A stretch of 64,000 nt of DNA from Candidatus Bathyarchaeota archaeon (lineage in GTDB: Archaea; Thermoproteota; Bathyarchaeia; Bathyarchaeales; Bathycorpusculaceae): NCBI GenBank assembly GCA_963702095.1, contig OY969706.1, positions 1,536,001-1,600,000 on the forward strand. Direction: 5' to 3'. The notes under the pieces were generated by a model that saw only the letters and a program-made list of their open reading frames with translations, had not been told where the DNA came from and searched no databases. Both the position numbers and the translations under genes were made by a program. Of the stretch, positions 9,947 to 20,650 are shown piece by piece. Within the stretch, counting starts at the first letter, position 1. Every line of letters begins with the position of its first letter.

Positions 9947-10354
9947 ATGTCTAAAATTGTTCGAGTAGGCGTAACTTTTCCTCCTGACCTCCTAAGAGAC
10001 TTCGATGAGATCACAACGAAGATGGGGTATGAAAGCAGAAGCAAAGCCATTCAAGACGCCGTTCGCCTCTACGTTTCAGAGCGCAAGTGGCTACAGGAAG
10101 AAGGCGCTAACCAGACAGGCGTGATTTTGATGGTTTACGATCATGAAGTGCGGGGGTTGGAGCGTGATTTGACGGATCATCAGCATCACCATCAAGGACT
10201 CATCACTTCAGTTATGCATATTCATCTCAGCGAAACCGACTGCCTCGAAGTCATCGCTGTAAAAGGCAAAGGTTCAGAAATCAGGGCGTTAAGCAATGAG
10301 TTGGCTACGCGAAGAGGAGTTAAAATCCTCAAATCAATGATCGTTAACGTTTAA
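9947..10354 (+). CDS. nikR: NikR-family metal-responsive regulator (RHH + ACT-like)
   Basis: RVGVTFP..LL..FD, SRSKAIQDA, HQHHH, MHIHL..DCLEVIAVKG. Confidence 0.85.
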   Translation: MSKIVRVGVTFPPDLLRDFDEITTKMGYESRSKAIQDAVRLYVSERKWLQEEGANQTGVILMVYDHEVRGLERDLTDHQHHHQGLITSVMHIHLSETDCLEVIAVKGKGSEIRALSNELATRRGVKILKSMIVNV

Positions 10355-11262
10355 CATTTAACTTCAAACATGCGTTCCAAAGCGCCGCGAGCTTTCTTCG
10401 CCACTGCCTGCGGAACCTCAACCACATGCTTCTCTTCTTTAAGCGATGTGTAGAGTTTGTCGAGGGTTGTGAGTTTCATGTTGGGGCAGATTGCGCAGCC
10501 ATAGGCTACGTAGAAGGTTTTGGATGGGTTTTCTTTTTTTAGCCTGTGCAAGATGCCTTCTTCCGTTGCCACTATAAACTCGGTTGCCGCTGATTCTTTG
10601 GCGTACTTGCAGATTTTAGAGGTGCTGCCGATGCAGTCGGCGATTTGTCGCATTTCTTTGGTGCATTCAGGATGCACAAGAATTGTGGCTTTGGGGTGCT
10701 GCATCTTGAGGACAGCGGCGTCTTCAGGCTGAAATAGGATGTGGGTTGGGCAGAAACCGTTGGCTGGAATCGGAACAATTTTTTTACCTGTTTTTTCAGC
10801 CACGTACTGAGCTAAGTTGCTGTCAGGTCCAAACAGCACTGTGCCTGCTTTGAGGGATTCCACGACTTCGACGGCGTTGGCGCTTGTGCAGCACACGTCC
10901 GCTTGGGCTTTGCAGGCAGCTAAAGTGTTTACATAGAGCACCACGGGCGCTTGGGGATACTTGGCTTTGGCACGTTTAATCTCATCTACGGTCAGCATCT
11001 GCGCCATGGGACACCGTGCACTTGTACTGGGCAGCAGAACCTTTTTTTGGGGGTTGAGAACCGCAGCGGATTCCGCCATAAAATCGACGGCGCAGAAGAC
11101 GATGAGTTTGGCGTCTTTTTCAGCCATGGCTTTGCGGCTAAGCTCTATGCTGTCGCCTACGTAGTCGGCTATGTCTTGGATTTCGGGGCGCTGGTAATTG
11201 TGCGCTAAAATTATGGCTTTTTTTTCTTTTTTGAGTTGTTGGATTTGCTGCGTTAAATCCAT
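10351..11262 (-). CDS. nadA: Quinolinate synthase
   Basis: ILAHNYQ, GDS, FMAESA, CPMA, YVNT, CCTSANA, VHPEC, CPNMK. Confidence 0.96.
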   Translation of the reverse strand: MDLTQQIQQLKKEKKAIILAHNYQRPEIQDIADYVGDSIELSRKAMAEKDAKLIVFCAVDFMAESAAVLNPQKKVLLPSTSARCPMAQMLTVDEIKRAKAKYPQAPVVLYVNTLAACKAQADVCCTSANAVEVVESLKAGTVLFGPDSNLAQYVAEKTGKKIVPIPANGFCPTHILFQPEDAAVLKMQHPKATILVHPECTKEMRQIADCIGSTSKICKYAKESAATEFIVATEEGILHRLKKENPSKTFYVAYGCAICPNMKLTTLDKLYTSLKEEKHVVEVPQAVAKKARGALERMFEVKC

Positions 11263-11391
11263 ATTTTCGCCTGGCCAAATTGTGAGGTGAAAAGAAAAGG
11301 GTACCCCAATGAAATATATTCTTTTACCTTCTACAGTGGGGCTTTGACCTTAAAAAAATATCAAAAGTTTCAGAGTTAAAAAAAAAATAAG

Positions 11392-11531
11392 TGGTGGGGC
11401 AGAGAGGATTTGAACCTCTGACCAATGGGTATCTACAGCTCCAGAACTTCGTCATTCTCCCGAAGGAGTCAGCATACCCATTCTGTGATGCTTCTGGAGC
11501 CCATCGTAATACCGGGCTATACTACTACCCC
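11392..11531 (-). tRNA. tRNA-Trp(CCA) with a 63-nt intron at 37/38 (11431-11493)
   Basis: GGGGTAG/CTGCCCC acceptor stem, ATGGG-CTCCAG^A-CCCAT anticodon arm, GGTTCAAATCC T-loop, encoded CCA. Confidence 0.93.
11431..11493 (-). ncRNA. Intron-encoded box C/D-like guide RNA
   Basis: AATGGGTATG-CTGA (D'), CTCC-TTCG-GGAG hairpin, ATGACGA (C'), TTCTGGAGC; both guides are complementary to the host anticodon arm. Confidence 0.72.
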
Positions 11532-11715
11532 GCACCACTACAAGTTTCTAATAATTCAACAGACCAATATTTATAGATAGAGCAGAGAGGGCATGGAACA
11601 CAAAACGTTTGTTGCGCGTTTAGCTGCAAGCTGTTGGGTAAAGATCCTCAGTTCAAATCGATGCCTATTTGCAGCGGTTGCTGTTTACGCCTAAAAATGC
11701 TTGTGGAATATGCCT

Positions 11716-11830
11716 CAACCAGCCTGCAACGCTTACCAGACGCTGACACAAAAAAGCAAATGCCTGCCAAACCCACTGGAAGATGATGAGAAAGGGGCAC
11801 TCTGCCTTCATCTAACACTAGAAAAAACAG
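11716..11830 (+). repeat. Dispersed repeat family B, copy 2 (diverged)
   Basis: CAACCAGCCTGCAAC identical to 51142-51156; CCACTGG, AGATGA...TCATCT stem, ACTAGAAAAAACAG. Confidence 0.55.
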
Positions 11831-11957
11831 TTACCGCCCAAACCGAAGTCAAGTTCAAACCGGTTACTGATTTGCCATAATCAAATCAGCCTTCTAAAAA
11901 TTGAGCGTTTGAAACAAACGTTATTACGTTTCGCTTAAGGTTTTTTGTTGTGGAAAA

Positions 11958-12293
11958 ATGGCTTATTTAAGGGAAAGAAAAAAAGAACTCGACATAGATT
12001 TTCCGCTTGAATCAATATGGCAAGCTATACCCCAAGCGATGCAGAAGTTTGACTGGGAAATACTGGAGAAAGACGATGCTGCCCACCGCTTAACGATTGA
12101 AACCTCTGACACACTTACTTCATATGGCTCCATGCTCAAAGTGGAGTTAACGCCGATAAACCAAAACACCACTCACATGGTTATTTCTGGCGTTACTCCT
12201 GTTACAACGATTACTTCTACGTTGCAGTTTGGGCAAACCTACGATAGCATCGAAGACTTCGTTTTAGGTTTGGCAGACGTAATGAACCGCTGA
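11958..12293 (+). CDS. Hypothetical protein
   Basis: 111-aa ATG ORF with globular alpha/beta composition, followed by a hairpin. Confidence 0.7.
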   Translation: MAYLRERKKELDIDFPLESIWQAIPQAMQKFDWEILEKDDAAHRLTIETSDTLTSYGSMLKVELTPINQNTTHMVISGVTPVTTITSTLQFGQTYDSIEDFVLGLADVMNR

Positions 12294-12302
12294 CGAAGCC
12301 GC

Positions 12303-12329
12303 GAGTACCCAAGAAACCAATGGGTACTC
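12303..12329 (+). terminator. 9-bp perfect hairpin
   Basis: GAGTACCCA-n9-TGGGTACTC directly after the stop, followed by T-rich sequence. Confidence 0.45.
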
Positions 12330-12364
12330 AACTTATTTATTGACTTTTAACCATCAGAATTGTT

Positions 12365-12727
12365 ATGAAACAAAACGATTACAGAACAATCGACCAATAC
12401 ATCGCATTTTTTCCCCCAAACACACAAGCACTCCTCCGGCAAATGCGTGAAGCCATCCATGAAGCTGCACCCCAAGCACAAGAGGCAATCAGCTACAACA
12501 TGCCTGCCTTCAAACAAAACGGCGTTTTAGTCTATTTTGCAGCTTTCAAAGACCACATAAGCCTTTTTCCCACAGGTTCAGGAGTGGAAGCCTTCAAAGA
12601 CAAGCTCAGCCAATACAAAACAAGCAAAGGCACCATCCAATTTAGCCTTGACCAGCCGCTTCCCCTGGATTTGGTGAAGGAGATCGTGCGGTTTAGAGCC
12701 AAAGAAAACCAGGTTAAACACCAATAG
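12365..12727 (+). CDS. DUF1801/YdhG-like protein
   Basis: TIDQYIA, EAISYNMPAF, VYFAAFKDHISLFP, SKGTIQF..DQPLP. Confidence 0.88.
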   Translation: MKQNDYRTIDQYIAFFPPNTQALLRQMREAIHEAAPQAQEAISYNMPAFKQNGVLVYFAAFKDHISLFPTGSGVEAFKDKLSQYKTSKGTIQFSLDQPLPLDLVKEIVRFRAKENQVKHQ

Positions 12728-13398
12728 ATTTGGCGTACTCCCTAACCTTAACCGATGCTTCGCCCACTAAATAGTCGGCATGACCCGGCAGCAACACATC
12801 GAAATCCCGTTGGGCAATTTTATGCACAGATTCCTTCTCTTTGGTTGCATCCCAAGTGAAATGTCCCGGTCCACCCGTAACTTTTCCCTCACCTAAACGC
12901 AGGGTATCCCCAGCAAACAGCACCTTCCGGTTCTTGTCAAGCAGCATGATGCTTCCAGGAGTGTGACCCGGCGTCTCGATTACAATGAGGCCGCAGATTA
13001 CGTCGCCGTCTTTGAGAATCACTTCCACTGGAGCAGGCGCAGTTTTGATTATGGAATTGGCTGCTCGCATGAGGAGGTTTTTCGGTTTAGGAAAGGTTTT
13101 CTGCCCTGAAATGTACTCTGCGTCCTGCGGGCTTGCGGCGACTTTGGCACCGGTTAACTCTTGGAGGGCTTTGGCGCTGCCCGCGTGGTCCATGTGGTAG
13201 TGGGTTAGGATGATGGTTGAGACTTCGCTTGGGTGATTCCCCAGTTTTGGATGTAGTCGACGATTTTTTTGGCGTTTCCCGGCGTGCCCGTATCAACTAC
13301 AATCAGCTCATTAGGTTGGATGATTAAGTACACGTTGCTGTGTGCCATGTTGTTACTTGCTTCGTCAACTCTGTGAATACCCGCAATTATCGCCATTA
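12714..13398 (-). pseudogene. Metallo-beta-lactamase-fold hydrolase, split by a 1-nt frameshift
   Basis: VVDTG in 13205-13420 and THYHMDH..TPGHT..FAGD..PGH in the other frame; one extra A in the run at ~13245-13248 joins them. Confidence 0.8.
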
Positions 13399-13511
13399 GA
13401 ACCCTTCCATGAACCAACACAAGGTTAGAGCTCTATAAAAATCATCACAAATTTAGGAACAAATATAGTCTAAGTTAAATTATTGTTCTCCACTAAATTA
13501 ATCGGGTTATC

Positions 13512-14306
13512 TTGGGCTCGCAAACCATCGACAGGCTAAAGAGGAAAGCGCCGCAAATAATAGTAATCGCAGTTGCTTTAGCCCTGACCATCTACCTTAC
13601 CTTTGAAATTCTCGAAGACGTAGTACTAGAAGGCGCATCCTGGACAAGCGGACCTTTAATCGACTTCGTTTTAACCTTCACCAGAAGCGCCACCTCAACC
13701 GTGTCCTCCTGGGGATACGGCGGCATCTTCGGCTTGATGCTCCTAGAAGCCAGCTCCTTACCCATTCCAAGCGAAGTTATTCTACCCTTTTCCGGCTACT
13801 TGGTTTCAAAGGGTTCTCTGGACATCTGGTTAACCATCGCAGTCGCCACAATCGCCGCCATAGCTGGTTCACTTGTAGACTACTACATCGGACTAAAAGG
13901 CGTGCAAGTCCTCACAAAATACCGCCTATTGGGCAGGTCTATTCTCTCAGAATCACAGCTTAAAGTGGCGGCAAGCTGGTTTAGCAAGTACGGGTCGTTT
14001 ATGGTTTTCGTAGGGCGCTTAATCCCCGGGTTCCGCACAATCATATCTTTCCCCGCGGGGGCGGTTCGGATGCCGCTGGCTAAGTTTTTGGTTTACACCG
14101 TGGCGGGTTGCTTGCTCTGGAACAGCATTCTCATCTATGTTGGCTTCTACTTGGGTTCAAATTGGCAGGCGGTTGCTGGCGTCTCCCACTACTTGATTAT
14201 AGCCACAGTGGTCAGCTTGATAGTAATAGCTGTTGCTTATCTTTTGGTGAGAAGAAACAGAAGGAAAAAGAGGCTAAAAACCGCATCAACACAATATCTA
14301 TCTTAA
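13512..14306 (+). CDS. DedA family membrane protein
   Basis: LEASSLPIPSEVILPFSG, GRLIPGFRTIISFPAG. Confidence 0.92.
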   Translation: MGSQTIDRLKRKAPQIIVIAVALALTIYLTFEILEDVVLEGASWTSGPLIDFVLTFTRSATSTVSSWGYGGIFGLMLLEASSLPIPSEVILPFSGYLVSKGSLDIWLTIAVATIAAIAGSLVDYYIGLKGVQVLTKYRLLGRSILSESQLKVAASWFSKYGSFMVFVGRLIPGFRTIISFPAGAVRMPLAKFLVYTVAGCLLWNSILIYVGFYLGSNWQAVAGVSHYLIIATVVSLIVIAVAYLLVRRNRRKKRLKTASTQYLS

Positions 14307-15359
14307 GACCTCAATTTTCGGTTTGAGTTCGCCTGAAATGCCTAATGCGTGGGCTTCCTTTACCTGCACCATACAATCCACCATAGAGGCATCGTTAAAC
14401 ACTTTATAGTCCACTGAGTTGAGAAAAGCAGCGTCAACAGAGACTGCGGAATCCGAGGCGAGTACGCCAACGTCTTTTAGCACTCTTGGACCAGGGTTAG
14501 GTAAGCAATCGCAGCCCTCAGAGATGTCCACGGCAAAGCTGACGTATGTGACCTTTTTGGGTTTAAACGTCGAGAGAACACCATAAGCAGCTGAGGCTAG
14601 GGCGCGGCAGAGGTTTTGCTTGTTAGTGTAGTGGATGGCCCCCATTGGACAAGCCGCGATGCACACGGGGCAGCGCATGCATTTCTCTGAGGTGATGTGT
14701 GCTTTACCCTCAATAATGTCTGGGAGGTGGAAAGCGCAGGCTTCTTTGCATTTGCCGCAGCCCACGCATTTTGAAGTGTCGATTTCGATGCCGATAGCTC
14801 GGTGTTGCCGCAGTTTCCCCGCCCGAGGAGTGCAGCCCATGCCCAAGTTTTTGATGGCGCCGCCGAAACCGCTGAGTTCATGCCCCTTGCAGTGAGAGAC
14901 AACTATCATGGCGTCCGCTTGGATTATGGCGCCTGAAACCTCGATTTCGTTTAGGATGCCTTTGGTTTTTATATGGGCAAAGTTTTCGCTGTTTAATCCG
15001 TCTGCAACGAGGAAAGGTGCCAAATTGAAGCCGTTGATAAGTGCGGTTTGCATGTGGTCGACGGCGTTGTGGCGTTGCGCCAAGTAGTAGGTGTTGGAGT
15101 CTGTTAGGAAGGGTTTACCGCCGTGCTCTTTGACTCGCTGGGCTATTTCATGCACAAAGGCTGGCTGCACATGGTAGGGGTTGCCTAATTCGCCCACGTG
15201 GAGTTTGATGGCGACTAAATCGTCTTTTTCTATGTAGTCAAAGGTTCCTGCTGTGTCGTAGAGGCGGTTGGCTGCCGCGAGCAAGTTACGGCTGGTATCC
15301 CAAGGTAATAAATGCACCGTCAATTTAATTTCCTCAGCAATATGTTTTAGAATTGCCAA
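14298..15359 (-). CDS. DUF362 family protein with 2x[4Fe-4S] ferredoxin domain
   Basis: AIKLHVGE, SHCKGH..GFGGAIKNLGMG, CVGCGKC..AC, CMRCPVC..ACP, CDC. Confidence 0.88.
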   Translation of the reverse strand: MAILKHIAEEIKLTVHLLPWDTSRNLLAAANRLYDTAGTFDYIEKDDLVAIKLHVGELGNPYHVQPAFVHEIAQRVKEHGGKPFLTDSNTYYLAQRHNAVDHMQTALINGFNLAPFLVADGLNSENFAHIKTKGILNEIEVSGAIIQADAMIVVSHCKGHELSGFGGAIKNLGMGCTPRAGKLRQHRAIGIEIDTSKCVGCGKCKEACAFHLPDIIEGKAHITSEKCMRCPVCIAACPMGAIHYTNKQNLCRALASAAYGVLSTFKPKKVTYVSFAVDISEGCDCLPNPGPRVLKDVGVLASDSAVSVDAAFLNSVDYKVFNDASMVDCMVQVKEAHALGISGELKPKIEVLR

Positions 15360-15443
15360 ATCTTACATAAATAGGGTATGTTACAAATCAAAATAGATTA
15401 TTTGCGCACCGTCTAGAAGAGATGTAAAAAGGATTTTAAGGTG

Positions 15444-15695
15444 CTAATATTTTTTGCCTACAGCCAGCTTTTTCTGGATTTCAGCCACATCGGCTTCACT
15501 GTCCGCTAAAATGTTTATCCACACATCGAACTCGGCTTTAGAAATTTCCTTCTGGATCACGCCGTGTTGGTCACCTGAGAAAAACCGTGGAGGCGATGAA
15601 TTGAAGAGTTTCACATAGAAGATTCTGTCTGCAATGATGATTTGGGAGGAGCTGCCGACTTCTTCGCCTAATAAATAATCGATTTGGTAGCGCAA
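15444..15695 (-). CDS. Hypothetical protein
   Basis: 83-aa TTG ORF, AGG upstream, TATA-like TTTTTAAG near 15735. Confidence 0.6.
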   Translation of the reverse strand: MRYQIDYLLGEEVGSSSQIIIADRIFYVKLFNSSPPRFFSGDQHGVIQKEISKAEFDVWINILADSEADVAEIQKKLAVGKKY

Positions 15696-15997
15696 CAGTG
15701 AAACCTTCTTTGAAAATGCGAGGCTGCGTCTTTACTTAAAAATTTTCCTAGTCTAAAGCAACAATGTTAGTGGGTGAGTACAATCGCAAAAGCTTAAACT
15801 ATCTTTTCTCTTGGTTGTTTATAGAGTCAGCAAGGTTTTTGAGGTGAACCTGAACAGACTGCTTTCTTCATTGGCTTAAAATACGTTGATTATCTTGGAT
15901 GGGCAATAATTCTGTTAATTTTCGGCATAATCGCGGGTGGAATAGGCAGTGTGCTTGTTGTCATTGGTGCTTTGATGGGTCTAATTGCGAGAATAAC

Positions 15998-17639
15998 CTA
16001 TACTTTAACCCTAGACTTCTGCTTGGAGTTTGGCTTTCCACGTTTATAAAATAGGTAACCAGAAGCAGTCGCTATAATTACGATAAGAACGATTGCAACT
16101 ACCGTGAGGAAGGGAAAGGGTTCAATATTAAAGTAAACGGTTTCCTGCGATGAATTCCCCATTGCATCAGCAGCGAACACCGTTAAATGGTGTGCGCCGT
16201 TGGCTAACGCGGGTAGAGTGACGTTTCCTTGTATGTCAAGTTTGTCGCCGCCGTCTAAACTATACGTTAAAGCAGTTGTGGCTTCATTGAGGGTGAACGT
16301 CAACTGGATGTCTGTTGAACCATAGGTTTTGTTGCTGGGGGATAATATAGCAAGAACAGGTGGAAGCGTGTCTACTGAGAAGAAAACGGTGTTCGACACC
16401 CCCATGTTGCCGCTGCTGTCATTAGCGTATAGGAGTATTTTGTGAGCGCCCTGCCCCAAACCGGAGAGGGTGGTTGTTTGATTTTTCAACGTAACATTTG
16501 CAGTGTCGTCTATGCTGTATCCTGTCCATTCCACGCCCCTGTTTACTTCAAAAGATAGAGGGACATCGGTGTATGTTTTGTTTTCAGGGGAGAAAATTTG
16601 AATTTTAGGGGGAATTGTTCCGTATCCAACGGGTTTGTATTGCTCGTTTGTATCCAGCCACTCGGACCCATCATAACCGCCGATCACGTATATAACGTCG
16701 TTTAATACCACAGCCTGAAGATATTCTCGGGGTGTCGGCATAGAGGCGAGTTCAGACCAGCTTTGGTTGGTTGGGTTAAATATCAGGTTCTTCGAGTTTA
16801 AGGCACCTCCAGAGAATCCGCCTATCAAATAGAGTCGCTGGGGCGCTAGATAGCCTGCTGTGGCAGCTGCAACGCCATAACTTAGCGCCATACGGCAATT
16901 TCGTAGATGCGTTCCAACTGTCGGTTTGGGTATCATACACTTGGTTACTATTCACTAAGATGGCGTTGCCGGTGGAGGAGGGTTGCTTGGCTCCGCCAAT
17001 TATGTAGATTTTGTTGTTGATAACCGCTGAAGCATATCCTTTAACTGCAGTGGGCAATGAAGTTTTGGTTGACCACGTATCGTTGGCGGAGTCGTAGACT
17101 TCGTTGATGCCTGTTTCGGCGTAGAATGGGTAGGCATTTGAGTATTTTTCGCCGCCTATAAGGTAGACTTCGCCGTTCACAGTACTTGCGGTTAAGCCTG
17201 CTCGGGGTGTAGGCATCGACGTCTTTGTTTCCCATCTGTCAGTGAGAGGGTCATACATCTCGTTGTTGCCCAAGTACCCGTTGCCAATGGTTCCGCCGAT
17301 AGCGTAAATTTTGCCGTCAATAACCGCCACTGCAAACCCGCTTCTAGGTGTGGGCATAGATGTTTTGGTTGTCCACTGGTTAGTTGCAGGGTTGTATTCT
17401 TCAACGGTGCCTAATGGGGTATCGTCGGAGTTGATGCCGCCGATGACATAGATTTTTCCTGAAACTACCGCTATACCGAATTCTCCGCGTGCAGTCGGCA
17501 TGGGCGCCAACGTGGTCCAAGGGGATTGGGGGTTGGTGTCGTCTGCGGCGGCTGTGGAGGCGATTAAGGGTAGGTTGAGTGCTGGAAGAAGGGCTAATGT
17601 GATAAGCAGGATGGCTATGATGTGGCTGGCCTTATTAAT
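15998..17639 (-). pseudogene. Surface Kelch-repeat + Ig-like protein with C-terminal TM anchor, 1 frameshift
   Basis: Repeated MPTPR/IYVIGG/YDP..W Kelch units in two frames joined near 16891; Ig-like ANDSSGN/ADAMGN repeats; EPFP-TM-KR tail; signal peptide upstream of 17510. Confidence 0.8.
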
Positions 17640-17777
17640 CGATGTACACCCGCTTTTTGAACTCTTAGTTAAGTAAGTAGCGCTTTACACTTATATTCCT
17701 TAAAGGGTTACATCGAGGAAGCGGTTCATACAAACATTAATGTCACTAGAAAACATAGTATTAATGGGGTTGTATTA

Positions 17778-18224
17778 ATGGAGAAAATTTTGGTTGCCAT
17801 CGATGGGTCCCAAAATTCCCAGAGAGCGCTCGATTTTGCTTTGGAGTTCGCCGAAAAATACAGTGCGAACCTGACACTTCTAAACATAAGTGAAATATCC
17901 GCCGTCACTAGCGTTCCCTCGGATATAACGCCTTATCCGGGAGGAAGCATGGTGGTGCTGGACAGGGATTTCCAGAAGATTCACGAGGAAATCTTGACTA
18001 AAGCCCTTGAACACGCAAAGGCAGTTAAACCCAACGTTTCGGTAACCTCGGTTCTAAGAGAGGGTAATCCTGCGTCAGAGATAGTAGCGTTGGCTAGGGA
18101 GGGGCAGTTTGATGTTGTGGTAGTTGGGCATCGCGGTTCAGGGAAATTAAATGAATTGTTCATGGGTAATATCAGTGAACGTGTAGCGCATCAAGCAAAC
18201 TGCACTGTAATAATCGTCAAGTAA
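17778..18224 (+). CDS. Universal stress protein (UspA family)
   Basis: KILVAIDGS, GNPA, VVVGHRG..LFMGNISERV. Confidence 0.93.
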   Translation: MEKILVAIDGSQNSQRALDFALEFAEKYSANLTLLNISEISAVTSVPSDITPYPGGSMVVLDRDFQKIHEEILTKALEHAKAVKPNVSVTSVLREGNPASEIVALAREGQFDVVVVGHRGSGKLNELFMGNISERVAHQANCTVIIVK

Positions 18225-18267
18225 TTCATTGTTAAGCTTTAAATTTTCAGGACCCTCTTCTTTAATT

Positions 18268-19185
18268 ATGATAACTGTTATCGGATCAGGCAGAGTTGGC
18301 AGCGCTGCCGCTTTTGATATTCTGCGTTACAAAATCAGCGACGTAATCCTAATAGACACCAACGAGAAGGCAGCTCAAGGTGAAGCGTTGGATATGATGC
18401 AGGCGGCTCCAGCCATAGAGTTTGACGGATCAATTCGTGGCACAGGCGATTTTAGAGAAATGGCTGGTTCTGAACTGGTTATTGTGACCGCTGGTGTTGC
18501 CCGTAAACCGGACATGACCCGTTTTGACCTTATGAACACTAACGCCCAAATCGTGCGTGGCGTGGTCCGCGAAGTAGCCAAATATGCGCCCAAAGCGAAA
18601 CTGATGATTGTAACCAATCCAGTTGATATTATGACTTATGTTAGTTTTAGAGAAACAGGGTTTCCACGCAGTCGCCTATTTGGCATGGGCAACATCTTAG
18701 ACACCATGAGGTTTCGCGCCTACATTGCCAATGAACTTGGGGTTTCACGTGAGGATACAAGGGGACTGGTTATAGGTGAACATGGCGATTCGATGGTGCC
18801 ACTGGTTGAATATGCCTCGGTTTCGGGGATACCGATAACTCGCCTCTTGACTGAGCAGCAAATTGAAAAAGTGGTTAATCAAACAGTAACTTCAGGTGCT
18901 GATGTGATTAAACTTAAAGGTGGAACCGTTTATGCACCGGGATCTGTGATAGCGATAACTGCCGACGCAATTTTAACAGGGCGAAACCGTGTTATGAGCG
19001 TTTCAACTTGCCTCGACGGTGAATATGGTCAATCCTGTGTTTCTATCGGTGTTCCGGTTGTTTTAGGAAAAGAGGGTGTTGAGAGAATAATCGAGCTGGA
19101 TTTGTCCGAGGGTACCATGGCGAAGTTTACTAAGTCGGTAGCCGCCGTTAAAGAGGCTATTGCTGCACTAAAAGAGGAAAACTAA
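18268..19185 (+). CDS. mdh: Malate dehydrogenase (LDH-like)
   Basis: IGSGRVG, TAGVARKPDMTRFDL (Arg specificity), VTNPVD, LDTMR, GEHGD. Confidence 0.92.
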   Translation: MITVIGSGRVGSAAAFDILRYKISDVILIDTNEKAAQGEALDMMQAAPAIEFDGSIRGTGDFREMAGSELVIVTAGVARKPDMTRFDLMNTNAQIVRGVVREVAKYAPKAKLMIVTNPVDIMTYVSFRETGFPRSRLFGMGNILDTMRFRAYIANELGVSREDTRGLVIGEHGDSMVPLVEYASVSGIPITRLLTEQQIEKVVNQTVTSGADVIKLKGGTVYAPGSVIAITADAILTGRNRVMSVSTCLDGEYGQSCVSIGVPVVLGKEGVERIIELDLSEGTMAKFTKSVAAVKEAIAALKEEN

Positions 19186-19200
19186 AAAAGGAAAGGATGT

Positions 19201-19404
19201 TTAGGTTGGCGCCCTAATTTTGGCGCAGTAAAAATTACCGTTAAGCCTCACGAAAGCGGGACATTTCCCGTTGTCGCAGTGTTCCAGCCACTGGCATGGA
19301 GCACGAACCTCATGTACTCTTGGCATGTATCCGCGTGAATTAACAATTTCTTTGGGGTTTTCTCGTTGGGAGATCTGTTTTAAAATCGCTTCCATAAAAA
19401 ACAC
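19201..19404 (-). CDS. Small Cys-rich hypothetical protein
   Basis: PCQWLEHC...CPAF...YC; AAAAGGTG upstream. Confidence 0.5.
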   Translation of the reverse strand: MFFMEAILKQISQRENPKEIVNSRGYMPRVHEVRAPCQWLEHCDNGKCPAFVRLNGNFYCAKIRAPT

Positions 19405-19765
19405 CTTTTCAAGTTTTTGCTTAACCTGAATTTAGTTTACTATTGCTCGGTGGATGTTTATTAAAAAATGTGGCTGGCGTTGTACAACAACAAAAACATA
19501 TAAGCAGTAACTTGCCGCTTGAGCGTTTTTTTATCAGTGTGTTGTTGGCAGAAACCTCCTATACACAACAACAATCAGTGGGCTCGGATGCGTGGTCTGT
19601 TTTGGGTTTGGCTGGTTTTGGCGATTGCAGGCTGGTTGTGCAAACGGCTACAAGCAACAGCTCGTTATGTTTCTTTTGGAGAAGGCACTGTGTTCTGCCA
19701 AGATGCCCTCTCCTTACTTAATACTTACGCCGCAACTATGAGTATGCTTCATATTGGAATAGATT

Positions 19766-20650
19766 TTAATCGACATACCAGCCCCATAGCATGCTCAGAT
19801 ATTGAAGGTATGCCAAGGCATAATTTACTAGATTACATTTATTAGGAAAAAATGCCCTTGGTTTTGAATCCAAATTATACATTTTTGCCAAGATACGGTT
19901 TCCCTTTCCGTACCTTCTGAATCTTTTAATAAATCCTAACAAGCCATCGTTAAAATCATGCAAAACAGTTGATTCGAAGGCAAAACTGAGTTCTCCAATA
20001 TCACGAAGTCTAAAACCTAAGTCGATATCTTCGCCTCCAGCAATTCTTATTTGCTCATTAAAGCCCTTGATGTTTTCAAGTGCTTGTTTCCAAACTAATG
20101 CGTTAGCCGTTATAAGGTATTCAGGGGGCTGTAAGGTAGAATTACTATCAGCTGGAGGCAAAAGTGTACATTGACTTTCGTAATACCTTGAAATTTTATC
20201 CTTACCAAAAGACCGAATGTTTCCTGCGTATCCAATAGAACCATTGTTTACTTTCAAAAAACCATTAATCCAATCTGGCATAGCCCTGCAATCACTGTCA
20301 GTAAAAAGAATCCATGTTCCCTTTGCTTGCTGCCATCCGTAATTTCTTGCCGCAGCCGGTCCTTTTCCCTTTGAAGATAATACCCTTATTTTAATTGCTT
20401 GGTTATAATAGTTACTTGGCAGAGTTATCTGACTACCGCCATCACAAATAATCAGCACTTCTGAAGGCAGTATATGGTCTGCGAGGCAAAAAAGGCTGTC
20501 AAGAAAAGCTTCTATCCCTTTTTGATTGTTCTTCACGGGTATGACAACAGAAATTTCTTTGGGACTCCTTATTTTTGGTGCCTTTAAATTCGATCGTTTA
20601 TCTATTAACAGGCCATAACAAGAGAGATAAAACAACTTAACCCTCAACAC
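19766..20650 (-). CDS. Family 2 glycosyltransferase
   Basis: SVVIPVKN, GPAAARNYG, FTDSDC, GFNE..AGGEDIDLGFRL. Confidence 0.88.
   Translation of the reverse strand: MLRVKLFYLSCYGLLIDKRSNLKAPKIRSPKEISVVIPVKNNQKGIEAFLDSLFCLADHILPSEVLIICDGGSQITLPSNYYNQAIKIRVLSSKGKGPAAARNYGWQQAKGTWILFTDSDCRAMPDWINGFLKVNNGSIGYAGNIRSFGKDKISRYYESQCTLLPPADSNSTLQPPEYLITANALVWKQALENIKGFNEQIRIAGGEDIDLGFRLRDIGELSFAFESTVLHDFNDGLLGFIKRFRRYGKGNRILAKMYNLDSKPRAFFPNKCNLVNYALAYLQYLSMLWGWYVD

Noticed and set aside
11391-11576. 61-aa ORF
   Set aside because: Antisense shadow of tRNA-Trp
15843-16000. Hydrophobic reading frame DYLGWAIILLIFGIIAGGIG...
   Set aside because: No in-frame start after the upstream stop; at most a gene fragment, too short to call
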